This document shows positions 1-10,033 of a stretch of DNA of 20,000 nucleotides, in pieces (positions within the stretch are counted from its first letter, which is position 1; each line of letters begins with the position of its first letter). The notes below the pieces were generated by a model that saw only the letters and a list, made by a program, of their open reading frames with translations, did not search any database and was not told the origin of the DNA. Both the position numbers and the translations under genes were made by a program. The DNA is from Peribolospora baueri (lineage: Eukaryota), in assembly GCA_029717555.1 (NCBI GenBank), contig JAMDHS010000104.1, positions 48,852 through 68,851 on the forward strand, in the 5' to 3' direction.

Positions 1-246
1 GCGAAACGAGCAATGGGATTCCCAGTTTTCGAGTCAAAAGGAGAACCCGATGTTCCAGTCCTCCGCCATGCGATGCGACCACGCTAGATCCGCCTAAGAA
101 CAGATTCATCCAGCGCTCTCGCCTTCTCAGGACGAATGACAGCCATGTTTTTTTGGGGACCGGGGAGAGGAGACGGATGCGTTCACATGCGATACATTCC
201 AACCTGGAGCGAAGAAAACGCTAGCGAATAAGATTGGAAGCATACA

Positions 247-927
247 TCATGCTTCTGGCCCTTCGCCGCCTGGGATGAGCTGTAAAAGGGCGGTTGAAAA
301 ACGTAAGGGATGAGTGAAAGGATGAGAGACTGAGACAACACCCTCGAAGTGGCCGGCTCTATGCTTACGAGGCAGATGTTGTTGCCGTTCAAGAGCGTCT
401 GCCCGAGCTTCGTCTTTTTTCGTCCTGTTGGCGTGTTTTCGCTATGGACGGGAACGAAGATGGAGATGGACACACGAGGTAGAAAGCGTGAGCCGTGCCC
501 TCATGAGCCCGGAGCTGGGGAGTGGGATCGTCGGATGCAGTCGGTCTGGGAACTCACTACTCTGTCACATCTTCGAGTACCATATCTGCGAGGGAGGCAA
601 AACGCGGGGCGGGATGAAAGAAGGACGGTCAGGCATCGGTGCCCATCGACCGGGTCTTCGTCCACCTCCCTGGAGCGCCACTGTCTACTTACTGACGAAA
701 TCGTCAAAGCCCAAGAGCGTGCCGGTAAATTCCCTCTCCGACTTCATCACCACCCAGATCTTCGAGCCGATACATCGGTCGATAAGCTCTGCGGAGGGGG
801 CGAATATTGAAGAGACAGGCGGACGACGGGACAAGGGTCTCGGTCAGATTACTTCGGAACTGGCATGTGAAGTGCTGAGGAGCGCCATAGACTCACCCAG
901 AGGGAGGACCTGCGACGCGGCGGCCAT
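247..927 (-). CDS. LSM5: U6 snRNA-associated Sm-like protein Lsm5 (86 aa, 5 exons)
   Basis: Exons 927-897, 788-693, 585-558, 441-369 and 279-247, all GT-AG, splice in frame to [86 protein letters not shown]. This has the Lsm5-typical [12 protein letters not shown], Sm1 ([17 protein letters not shown]) and Sm2 ([13 protein letters not shown]) motifs. Confidence 0.96.
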
Positions 928-1080
928 GATGACGGCGATGATGGATGGAGGGAACGACTTCTCGACTTGAGGGACTTGGGTGGACATCGGCTGCCGCAGT
1001 CGATCAGGCGCCTGACCAAGTCAGACCTCGCTCGTCTTCGTCTTCCCCTTCACAACACAAGTCGACTAACTCACTCACGA
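928..1080. promoter_or_regulatory. Probable compact bidirectional promoter between LSM5 and VMS1
   Basis: Only 153 bp separate the divergent ATGs at 927 (-) and 1081 (+). Inferred from geometry only; no specific element identified. Confidence 0.55.
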
Positions 1081-3827
1081 ATGGAGGCACCCGATGGCCA
1101 AGGCATTCCCAAGGGCGCGGGGGACGGCGGCCGCCATCCTCTGCTCTCCAAGCCCTTGTACGTCTTTGGCCTGCCAACCGACGTCCTTCAAACTGTCTCG
1201 TTGCGCTCCATAGACGTCCCGGTGGCGCTCCCTTCTTCCTCGTCCAACAGCGCTTCCCAAGCAGCGCTTGGAGATGGAGCGAGGCTGGAGAAGGAGGATG
1301 TAGTTCCCTCGCCCGCCGCTGTGTCCGCGGCGCTCGAGCTCCCATCCGAAGGCATACAAAAGCCGTTGCCTTCCGGCAGGTACACCTGCAACGTTTGCGC
1401 CGACGCCTCGTTCCAGGACCTTGATGAGCAGCGTGCACACTTTCGGACCGACTGGCACCGGTACAATCTCAACCTCAAGATTGGTAGAAGTAAGGGAGGA
1501 AAGAGTGCGAGGGACGGGAGCAAGCCAGTTACGGAGGAGGAATTCGAGAGACTTGTGGAAGGTACGTGGCGGGATTCTGCCGGCTGCTCATTGGGAGAGT
1601 TTCCAAGGCATCCACAGTCCTGACTCTAACTTGTCTTTGTTTTGCCCCCATTTCACAGGGTTGGAGGACTCCCTATCAGGGTCAGCATCGGACTCCTCCG
1701 ACGCCTCCACGTCCTCTAGAGATGCAGTGTCGACACTCCTCTCCCGCACGTCGTTGTCCCGAAGAAAAGATGATGGCAATGTCTCCGACGAGGAAGAGGA
1801 ATCCTCACGCCTACGTGCGCACGCGCGGTCGCCTCTTCTGTGGTTCACGTCTACATTTCTCCCTCAGACGCAGCTGGGCGTCTACCGAGCTCTTCTGGAC
1901 GAGGAAAGCGGTAACGCCGCGCTGAGCAAGGATGAATACGCTCGCCTGCTTCTTAGGTTGCAATATCCGCCCCTGGAGAAGCCCGGACGAGCGAGATGGG
2001 GCGGTCGCACACTCAAGGGTGTGGATGCTGGCGCCCTGGGCATGCGAGTCGTTGACGGGGAGGGGATGATGCAATCCTCCGACGGATCCGACTCGCCTTC
2101 CGAGGATGGCAACCGGGACGATTCCAAGATGGATCGACTTGACGAGACTGCGGCGATGCGCTCCATGCGTTGCTGGACGCTCATCATGATGGGTGGCGGA
2201 CATTTCGCTGGCATGGTGATCGGACTGATGCCGCGCGTGAGCGGTGGTGGGACGAACAAGAAGGGAAAGGCCAAGCAGGAAGATAAAGAATTGGTCGTGC
2301 TGAGGCACAAGACTTTTCACCGTTATACTAGTGAGTTCGGAGATTATATGGCATACACCATTTGCATTTCGTCTTCCATGTTGACATTCACCCTGCCCTG
2401 CGCTTCCTTGCAGCTCGACGAAAACAGGGTGGGGCCCAGTCGGCGTTGGACGCTGCGAAGGGGCCAGCGAAATCGGCGGGCGCGAACCTGCGACGGTACA
2501 ACGAGCAAGCGCTGGCCGACGAGGTGCGAGAGCTGTTAGAAGACTGGCGTGAGCTTGTCGGTCGCTCGGAGCGTGTCTTCATCAGGGCTGGCAGTTCGAA
2601 CAGGAAGGCGCTGTTCAATTACGAGGATGCTGTCATTGATAAAAGTGAGCCCGTTTTCCGTCTTGCCCTGGCGTCAACAATTCTAGGCTGATATTTTGCG
2701 ACGCGACGCGTCTTTTGTCGCTTACAGAGGATCCGAGGATTCGTGGGTTCCCTTTTCCAACCCGACGACCGGTGAGTGAGCTGTTTACCGTTTGAGCCGC
2801 GTTGCATATCATCCTTGGCTGCCCTTTCTGACATTTTGTTTACGCCTGATCCTTCTGACAGACACTGAACGAACTAATGCGATGCTTCATCGAGCTCACT
2901 CGTGTCAAGGTGACGCACCTCTCCGAAGAAGAGCTTCGCGCCCTCGATGATGAGTACCTCGCTTCAATCGCACCCAAATCCAAGCCGGTCCAGCCCTCGG
3001 CTGCGCCGCCTCCGAAACCGATAATGCCAGCGGCTGCCAGACTGAGTAAGGAGGAAGAAGCGCGACGGGAGCGGTTCCGACGTCTGTTGGATATGGTCCG
3101 AAAGGGAAGGCTGGACGCGATGGTCGCATTTCTGGAGAAGCACGAACAGGAACTGCTAGGAGAAGATGCCGAAGGCGGCCTCGAGGTCAACCCGACGATC
3201 GACAGGCGCCTGCCAGAATGGTTGAGAGAGGAGGAGGCCGCCGACGTCGGGAATTTGCTGCAGCTGGCCGTTTCCGTCGATCAACCTGAGGTGGTGCGCT
3301 ATCTGCTCGTCGAACGGCGCGCGGATCCGACCGTCACGGTACCGACTCGAGGCGACGGTGCCGGGTCGCATCGAACGGCGTACGACCTCGCCAAATCAAA
3401 GGAGACTCGCAACGTCTTTCGCCGGCTCATGGCGGAGCATCCTGACTGGTACGATTGGGCTGGAATGGGTCCAGGCGGGGCTAGGGTGCCAAGCGCGCTG
3501 ACGAGCGAGATGGAGGAGTCCAAAGGCACCAAGGAGAAGGAGCGGAAGAAGACGTTGAGGGAGAAGATGAAGGAGCGCGAGCGCGAGAGAGCGGCCAAGA
3601 CGCCGCCTCCTCCGCCTGAGCGCACACCTGAGGCGCTGCCACCTCAGCCAGAGGTTGCGTCCCCATTGGCCGGGCCGAGGAGACTCGGCGGCGGTCCGAA
3701 GAGCGCGATGGGCAGCGCTGCTGTGGACACCGCCGCAGGTGTGACGCCCGAAATGAGGATGCGCATTGAGAGGGAGAAGAGGGCGAGGGCTGCGGAGGCT
3801 AGGATGAAGGCCCTGGGTCAGCGATGA
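1081..3827 (+). CDS. VMS1: Vms1/ANKZF1 ribosome quality control peptidyl-tRNA release factor (about 797 aa, 5 exons)
   Basis: Exons 1081-1561, 1659-2330, 2414-2644, 2728-2771 and 2862-3827 join in frame. Contains a C2H2 zinc finger (CNVC...QRAHFRTDWHRYNL), the VLRF1 domain (GGGHFAGMV; HKTFHRYTTRRKQGGAQS; SAGANLRRYNE; FPFPTRRPT), an ankyrin-like region (LLQLAV...VVRYLLVERRADPT...TAYDLA), a coiled coil, and a C-terminal VIM Rx5AAx2R (REKRARAAEAR). Confidence 0.94.
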
Positions 3828-4103
3828 AGCGCGAGGCGGCGTCGATGCATATTCCGAGTTGTCCTGCTACGACTTCTTGCTTACGCATGATAGCATTGGT
3901 AGAACCACGTCTGCAAAAAGTCTGAAGAGTGCCACCCATCTTGGGGAGAGAGAGTGCCGGTCAAGAGACAGGATGGACGAACTGCTGCGGCGAGGAGGAG
4001 GACCGGCTAGATCCGGCCGGCGATCAAGCATGTGCGTTCCGTCCCCCGCAAGGCCACCTTGATTCCTTCTTCCCTCCCTCCTCCATCTTGTACGCCCACC
4101 ACC

Positions 4104-5589
4104 ATGCTCGCACCCCTCCTTCGGCCCTCCCCCACCGCCCTGCGCTCCTCCTTCTCGCGCAGGGCACCCGCCTTGTCCGCTCTCACTGCTGCCTCGCGCG
4201 CCTTCTCCTCCTCCCGGACCGCTCTGGCACCCAACACGCTGCTCTTCATCGAGCATCGCAAGGGTCAGATCAACCCCGCCACCCTATCCGCCCTCTCGGC
4301 AACGCAGAAGCTCGGCGGAAATGTGACAGGCGTCGTTGTCGGTGACGAGGGGCAGAAAGGGATTGTTGAGGCTGCGAAGAAGTGAGTTCCTCCCGCAGGG
4401 CACCTGCTATGGAGAAAAAGGACCTCTAGACGCTCTATTCGTGACGACCACCTGACACTCCCGCCTTCCCTTTTGCTTGCAGACTTCCCGGCCTCTCCAA
4501 GCTCCTTTACTCCATCTCACCCAAGTATGCAACTCTGGCGTCCGAGCCCCTTGCGCCTCTGTTCCAGAGCATCCTCTCCTCTTCTACGCCGTACACCCAC
4601 TTTGTCGGTGCCCACACTGCCGTGGGCAAGGACGTCTTCCCACGTGTAGCCGCCCTGCTCGACGTCGCCCAAATCAGCGACATTGTCGGAATCGATGAGG
4701 GCGGCAGTGAGGGCGATACGTTTGTCAGGCCCATCTACGCCGGCAACGCGATCGCCACGGTCAAGAGCAGCGACAAGATCAAGGTGTTCACCGTTCGTGG
4801 CACCGCCTTCGACAAGGCGGCCACTGAGGGAGGAAGCGCAGACGCAGAGGAAGTGAAGCCCGTTGACGCTGATGGTAGGTTTACTTCCCGTCTCGTGGGT
4901 CGATTTGTCTTGTTTTAACCTCGCCATACCATATTCCCGCCTCATTTTTGCTCCTGTCTCCCTTTAGCTCCCACCGAGTTCGTGTCCGAGTCCGTCACCA
5001 CCACCTCCCGACCCGATCTTGCCACGGCCCCTCGTGTAGTCTCCGGCGGACGGGCGCTCAAGTCCGCGGAGAACTTTGACAAGTACCTCTACCCTCTCGC
5101 CGATGCCATCGGCGCCGCCGTCGGTGCTTCTCGTGCGGCCGTCGATGCCGGTTACGCGGACAACAGCCTTCAAGTTGGCCAGACCGGCAAGATCGTCGCC
5201 CCGGAACTGTACATGGCCATTGGCATTAGCGGTGCAATCCAGCACCTGGCAGGAATGAAGGACAGCAAGACGATCGTCGCTATCAACAAGGTGAGCCGGT
5301 GCCCCTGCGTGGTTGTGCAATGCATGCGTGTTATTTTGCCGAGTCGACTTGACGCAAACTCGTCTATCTACCACCACCGCCGCCTTCCCGATGCGTTTGT
5401 CTGTGCGTGCAGGACGCCGACGCGCCCATCTTCCAGGTAGCGGTACGTGTCATTATAAGCCACCTCGTCGCTTCGCTTTGCCAGGGCGTTCGGCTGAATT
5501 GCGTTTTGCCTTTCTCTCATTAGGACATCGGCCTCGTCGCGGACCTCTACGAAGCTGTGCCAGAGTTGACGGAGAAATTGAAGAAGTAG
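4104..5589 (+). CDS. ETFA: Mitochondrial electron transfer flavoprotein alpha subunit (about 362 aa, 5 exons; AIM45/ETFA)
   Basis: Exons 4104-4381, 4483-4874, 4968-5290, 5413-5442 and 5524-5589. Arg/Ser/Ala-rich presequence without acidic residues. Hallmark motifs [101 protein letters not shown]. Confidence 0.97.
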
Positions 5590-5825
5590 AGCGCGCGATG
5601 CGTCCACATGCGAATTTCCTTCACCTCTCTCTTTCGTCATCGATCATGGCGTCTGTAGTCTATGGAAGCGGGAGTTCGTTGAGTCCGATAAAGCTTCAAA
5701 GCAGGGCGAGCAGCTCTGCGTGTGTTTTAGATTGCGATGGGCGCTGACGACGGACAAGGAATCCAATCCAGCGCGCGAAACCTGGTGCACACTGAACACC
5801 TTCTCATGTCACCCTGGTCCTGCGC

Positions 5826-8462
5826 TCACAGCTCCTCCTCCTCGTCGTCTGTTGCATGAAAAAAAAAATGCCAATGTCAGCATGCGAATATGACGTCTGT
5901 GCCACGAAGCATGGCACGGCCTCGTCGAAGACACTCACCGCCAGCAGGCAAGCCCAACGTCCCCGCGCCGAACGTGATCGTTCCGGCATCGCTCACGCCG
6001 CCGAGCGTCTCGTCATTCTCATCGTCCGCGCCGTCGCCACTCGTCTCCGCGTCCAACCTCGTCCTTGCCCCGTCCGCGAGCCGACCTGCGCCGTCTTCGT
6101 CGTCGAGCATCATCATCGTCTCCATCCCTTGCGCCAAACCGGCGCCCACCTTCTCTCGACGCTTCTTCTCCTTCTTCGCCTTGCGTCGCTGTGCGCCCTT
6201 CGCGGATGACATGAGCTCAAGCTCGGCGGGAGAGAACATGCGGGACATTTGAGCGGACTGGGAGGACGTTTTGGCCGTGATGGAGGAGGGAGCGGGGAAG
6301 CGGGGAGGGAGAGAGACGACGGAACCGGGGAGGGAGGACCCGCCGTTCATGAGAGGGGTGTCCGTAGTCGAGACGGACATGGAGCGTTTTCGCTTCTGTC
6401 CGTTGACCGCCTCGTCCTCCACGTCATCCTCCATCATCGGTTCTCCATCCCCGTTGAGGAGAGCGCCGCTCCCTTGAAGGGCGTGAGCGTCCGCTTCGCC
6501 CAGCAAGGCGGCCAGATCGAACGCCTCGCCAAAGGAAGACACCACGCTCATTCCAGCCTCGCCTGCTGTAGATGCATCGGCCACGTCCTCGCCTTGGCCG
6601 GCCGATAAAGCGCGTGTCGCAGAAGGGTGCGCGGCCGGGGGAACCGTGTAATAGGCTATTCGGCCCGTGTTCCAGTCGCGAAGGATGGATCGCGCGGTCG
6701 CTGAGATGTCCGGAACGCCGCCCTACGGAAAGAAGAGGAAACGATAAGTCACGACAATCGCGATCCTCTGTCAGTAAATCAAGGCCGAAAAGCCGACGAG
6801 ACGAGGCGCACCTTCCCAAGCCTCCCTCGGCCCAAAGCCACGCTGACCAAAAAGTCTTGCACGTCCCCAGCTTTGAAGCCGTCGATGCCGTACAATCTGC
6901 ACAAGTGCTCCGCATCCACCCGATCCAGTATCGCGTCCACTGATATATAGGACAGGGGCAAGAAATTACGCGGGCAACGTCAGCATGAGCGCAGCCGCAC
7001 AAGTCGTCGACTCCATTTCCTGTGCTCACCCGGCGCGATCGGGTCCTCGACCAGCTCAACCTTGACGACGTTGCGAAGCAGCCTTTCTCTCGCTCTCCTC
7101 GCTCTCGCCTCCTCTCCCTCCCCCGAGACGTCCATGGCCGCTTCGTCCATGAACACGATACCCGGACAGTCGACGAGCTTCAAACCCTTGTCCAGCACCA
7201 CGGACTGCGCCACCTTGGTGTGTCCCGGCGTGCTAGCCACCCCGCACACCTTTGCGCGTTTGAGTGAATTGATGAGGGACGACTTGCCGACGTTGGGCAT
7301 GCCGAACACGCCGACGGAGAGGGACGTCTTGAGGTTGGACTTGCCGTGTCGGGAGTAGTTTTTGAGAAGCTGAACGAGCGCGTCGGCTCCGAGGGCTTCC
7401 GAGGCGCCGAGATTGGTCGACGTCGAGGTGCTGGCAGAAGATTGGGAGAGATGGGTGCGCTGCTGCTGGGTGGAGGATTTGAAGGCGAGCGTGGGGAAGT
7501 CATTGCGGAGGTACTTGAGCCAAGCCTCAACGTTTTGTCGGGGCACGAGGTCTAGGAGATCGGCCGGCCGGGGGCGCCGAAAGAGCAGGGTAAGACGGAG
7601 GCGATGAGTGAAAGACGAGGATGGGGCGACTGAGCGACAAGGAGGAAAGGAGGGTACGAAGGAGACGCGCACCAATCTTGTTCAAAACCAAGATGACCTT
7701 CTTCCCTTCCCTCATCACCAGCCGCTCCGTCTCTCTGCTCCTGCACCCGAGCGGATCCCTAGCATCGAGCACCTCGATGAGCACATCGGCCAGGTCGAGC
7801 ACCTTGCGAAACTCGCGCATGTACGCCTTGAGGCTCGAATCCCTTCGTCCCGTGAGCGTATCATCAAGGGGAACGTCGAGGACGGAAGAGGAGACGGAGG
7901 TGGAGGCGAAATCAAAGGTGGAGGAGGAAGGTACGGCGGAGGCGAGGGCGGCGATGGAGGAAGAGAGGGTAGCGGCGGCAGCGGCTGGTGCGGGGGTCAT
8001 TTCCGTGTCCATCTCTTCTTCGTCTAAACGACGTCGTTTCTGTTGCACTCCGTTCATCTGCGGAGCGGCGCAAAAAAAAGAGATAGCCGTCACTTCAAGT
8101 GAGGCGGCCTGCTCACCATCGTCGCCGGCCCGGTGCGACAACGGGCATGAAAATGGGTGCGCACCTTAGCCATCTTGCGATCTGCGGCGGCAGCCATCTG
8201 ACTGCGATTATTTTTGAACGCTGGGATGCCCGGATCCTTCTTGAGGCCTGAAAAGGCGGAACAGAAGGGACAAGTTGAGTTGGTCGCTCGACTCGCCGCT
8301 TGCGACACAGGAAGCTGCGTTCGCTCACTCGACCTCGAAGGCGGCGCGCCTGGCCGGTTCTTGCCAGTCTCTGAGAGGCGGGAAGAAAAATGCGTGCCGT
8401 CAGCCGATGGCTCTGTCTGACCGCACCGTTGATCCCACCGAGCTCTCACTGTTCCTGCCCAT
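5826..8462 (-). CDS. NUG1: Nug1/GNL3(L) nucleostemin-family circularly permuted GTPase, 60S biogenesis (about 659 aa, 8 exons; 5' exons less certain)
   Basis: Exons 8462-8450, 8370-8329, 8247-8165, 8057-7673, 7551-7030, 6939-6812, 6722-5939 and 5848-5826 splice in frame. Contains KKDPGIP, then [12 protein letters not shown]4 LNKID, G1 [17 protein letters not shown]3 DCPG in permuted order, followed by GRLGKGGVPD and [16 protein letters not shown]. Acidic tail ends DDEEEEL*. Confidence 0.88.
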
Positions 8463-8820
8463 ATCGTGCGCGGTGAATGGTGTGAGTGACAATGAACGTG
8501 AGCCCCCTCCGCCGACCTTGCTAGGCCTTACTTGCTACAGCTTCTCGCGTCGCCGCAGCAAGTTGGCCGCAAAATGTGAGCGGACGGCGTAGCACGGCGG
8601 TAGACGGAGATGCGCCCATATGATGTGGTTAGGTGGCACGGGCCGCCTTTGGCTCTGACCATCCCTCTCCATCCATCTCTGCGAGGACATGCGTGCAACA
8701 AGTTCATTACGGGATGGCAGGGGAGGAGGGCGGGAAGGAAATGTCCACTACCGAATCGTGCACGGCATAAAGTACATCCAGTGGCGGTCAAGAACGATTA
8801 CGAAGGGGGACATCAAGAAA

Positions 8821-8842
8821 AGAGAGAGAGAGAGAGAGAGAG
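8821..8842. repeat. (AG)11 microsatellite
   Basis: Perfect AG dinucleotide run, about 20 nt downstream of the reductase stop codon at 8863. Confidence 0.95.
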
Positions 8843-8862
8843 TATACGGGCGGCTCGGTCGG

Positions 8863-9733
8863 TCAGTAGGCGATCGTGACGGTCTGTCCCTTCCACTTGT
8901 CCTTTTCCTCCAGCCCTGGGCGCGGAAGGCACTGGCTGAAGATGAAATGTCCCACGTCCGCACGAGACACGGGCCACGCTGACGGGAGACGATGGGCGAG
9001 TCCATGGGCGAGTCTGTACTCGCCCAACGCCGCGCCGTTCTTGAGAAGCGCCGGGCGCACGACGATGACGTCGGTCAGCGTGGGTCGGGTTTCGGACGAT
9101 GGGGTCGGGTTCAATTCTTGGTCCTCTATTCCCGCGCGTTCGAAGAGCAGCTGTTCCATGACCTTTAGGAGAGAAGTGCGGTGTTGGTGGTCGTCGCCGT
9201 GCGTTAGCAGATTGGGGACGAATGGCGATGAGCAGGAGGGACTGGAGGGCCCGCATGACTTACCCGCTTGTCCTCGTGGACGTCGTGCAAGTAATAGCCG
9301 CAAAGCGGCTTGATCATGCAAGGCAGGACGTCGTGCTGTGCGTTGCCGATACCGTTGGACGTGATGGCGACCAGGCGGGGCTGAGGGCTCTGAGGGAAGC
9401 GGGCCAAGACGTCGACGAGGTTGCTCGCGGTGCGCGCGCAAAGCTGTGGTGGCGCGAGTTTGGGCGCACCCAACGGGTTCCAGCCAAAGTCGAGGCGTCC
9501 GCCGACGCCGAACACGACGGCGTCGATGGGCCCGGGGATGGAGCTGACGGCCTGATCGAAGAGGCGTTGGACCTCGTCCTGCTTCAAAGCGTCTCCCTCG
9601 ACTATGTGAAGCGACTCGTGCTGCCCGCCGTCTATCGCCCACACCACCACCGCGTTAAGCACACAAGATTATCTGCTGGTGGAAGCTGACGTGGCCCGCT
9701 AGATCGGCGCCCGTGCACCGTTTCCTTCTCCAT
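8863..9733 (-). CDS. NAD(P)-binding atypical SDR (flavin reductase/BLVRB, NAD_binding_10-like), N-terminus apparently missing; possible pseudogene
   Basis: Exons 9631-9264 and 9162-8863 join in frame: LHIVEGDALKQDEV, IDAVVFGVGG, PRLVAITSNG, LHDVHEDKRVMEQLL, DVIVVRPALL, VSRADVGHFIF, W.GQTVTIAY*. The first exon 9733-9691 is tentative (59-nt GT-AG intron 9690-9632). No GxxGxxG motif found. Confidence 0.72.
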
Positions 9734-10033
9734 GCACCCCACCCTGCTCCTCATCTCCCCAGCACCAAGTGTCGTTGGGCGTGCCGAGGGTACACGTCTC
9801 CGCGCGCGCACGGACGAATGAACAAGGGCACGGGCGTCCGTACATTCCAGGTGGATACTTCGTCTTCGTACATCGCGAAGACGGTCGGCCCAGTACGGAC
9901 GTAGGCGTACAGGAGTCGACACAGACATATCCAGAAGTGCGAGCACGTTTATCCACCCATCCATCCTTTGAGCTGGTCCAGTGGTCATATCCGTAGTCCC
10001 GTAACAGCGAGCGACGCGACGCGATGCGGTCGC

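Noticed and set aside
349..970. Plus-strand ORFs of 153 and 180 aa
   Set aside because: They are antisense to the well-supported spliced LSM5 gene and have no recognisable motifs; GC-rich shadow ORFs.
967..1080. Non-ATG upstream extension of the VMS1 frame from TTG 967
   Set aside because: No family-like sequence, and it would run into the LSM5 promoter and 5' UTR. ATG 1081 is simpler.
1561..2877. Apparent frameshifts between consecutive VMS1 ORFs (similar pattern in all genes)
   Set aside because: Fully explained by canonical GT-AG introns. No recoding or pseudogenisation is needed.
5826..5848. C-terminal EEEL as an ER-retention signal
   Set aside because: The protein has no signal peptide and belongs to a nuclear GTPase family. 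This is just an acidic tail.
7608..8169. Long antisense ORFs over the GTPase (also over 9968-10519, 13744-14529 and 17215-17787)
   Set aside because: Expected stop-poor antisense frames of GC-rich coding sequence, with no independent evidence.
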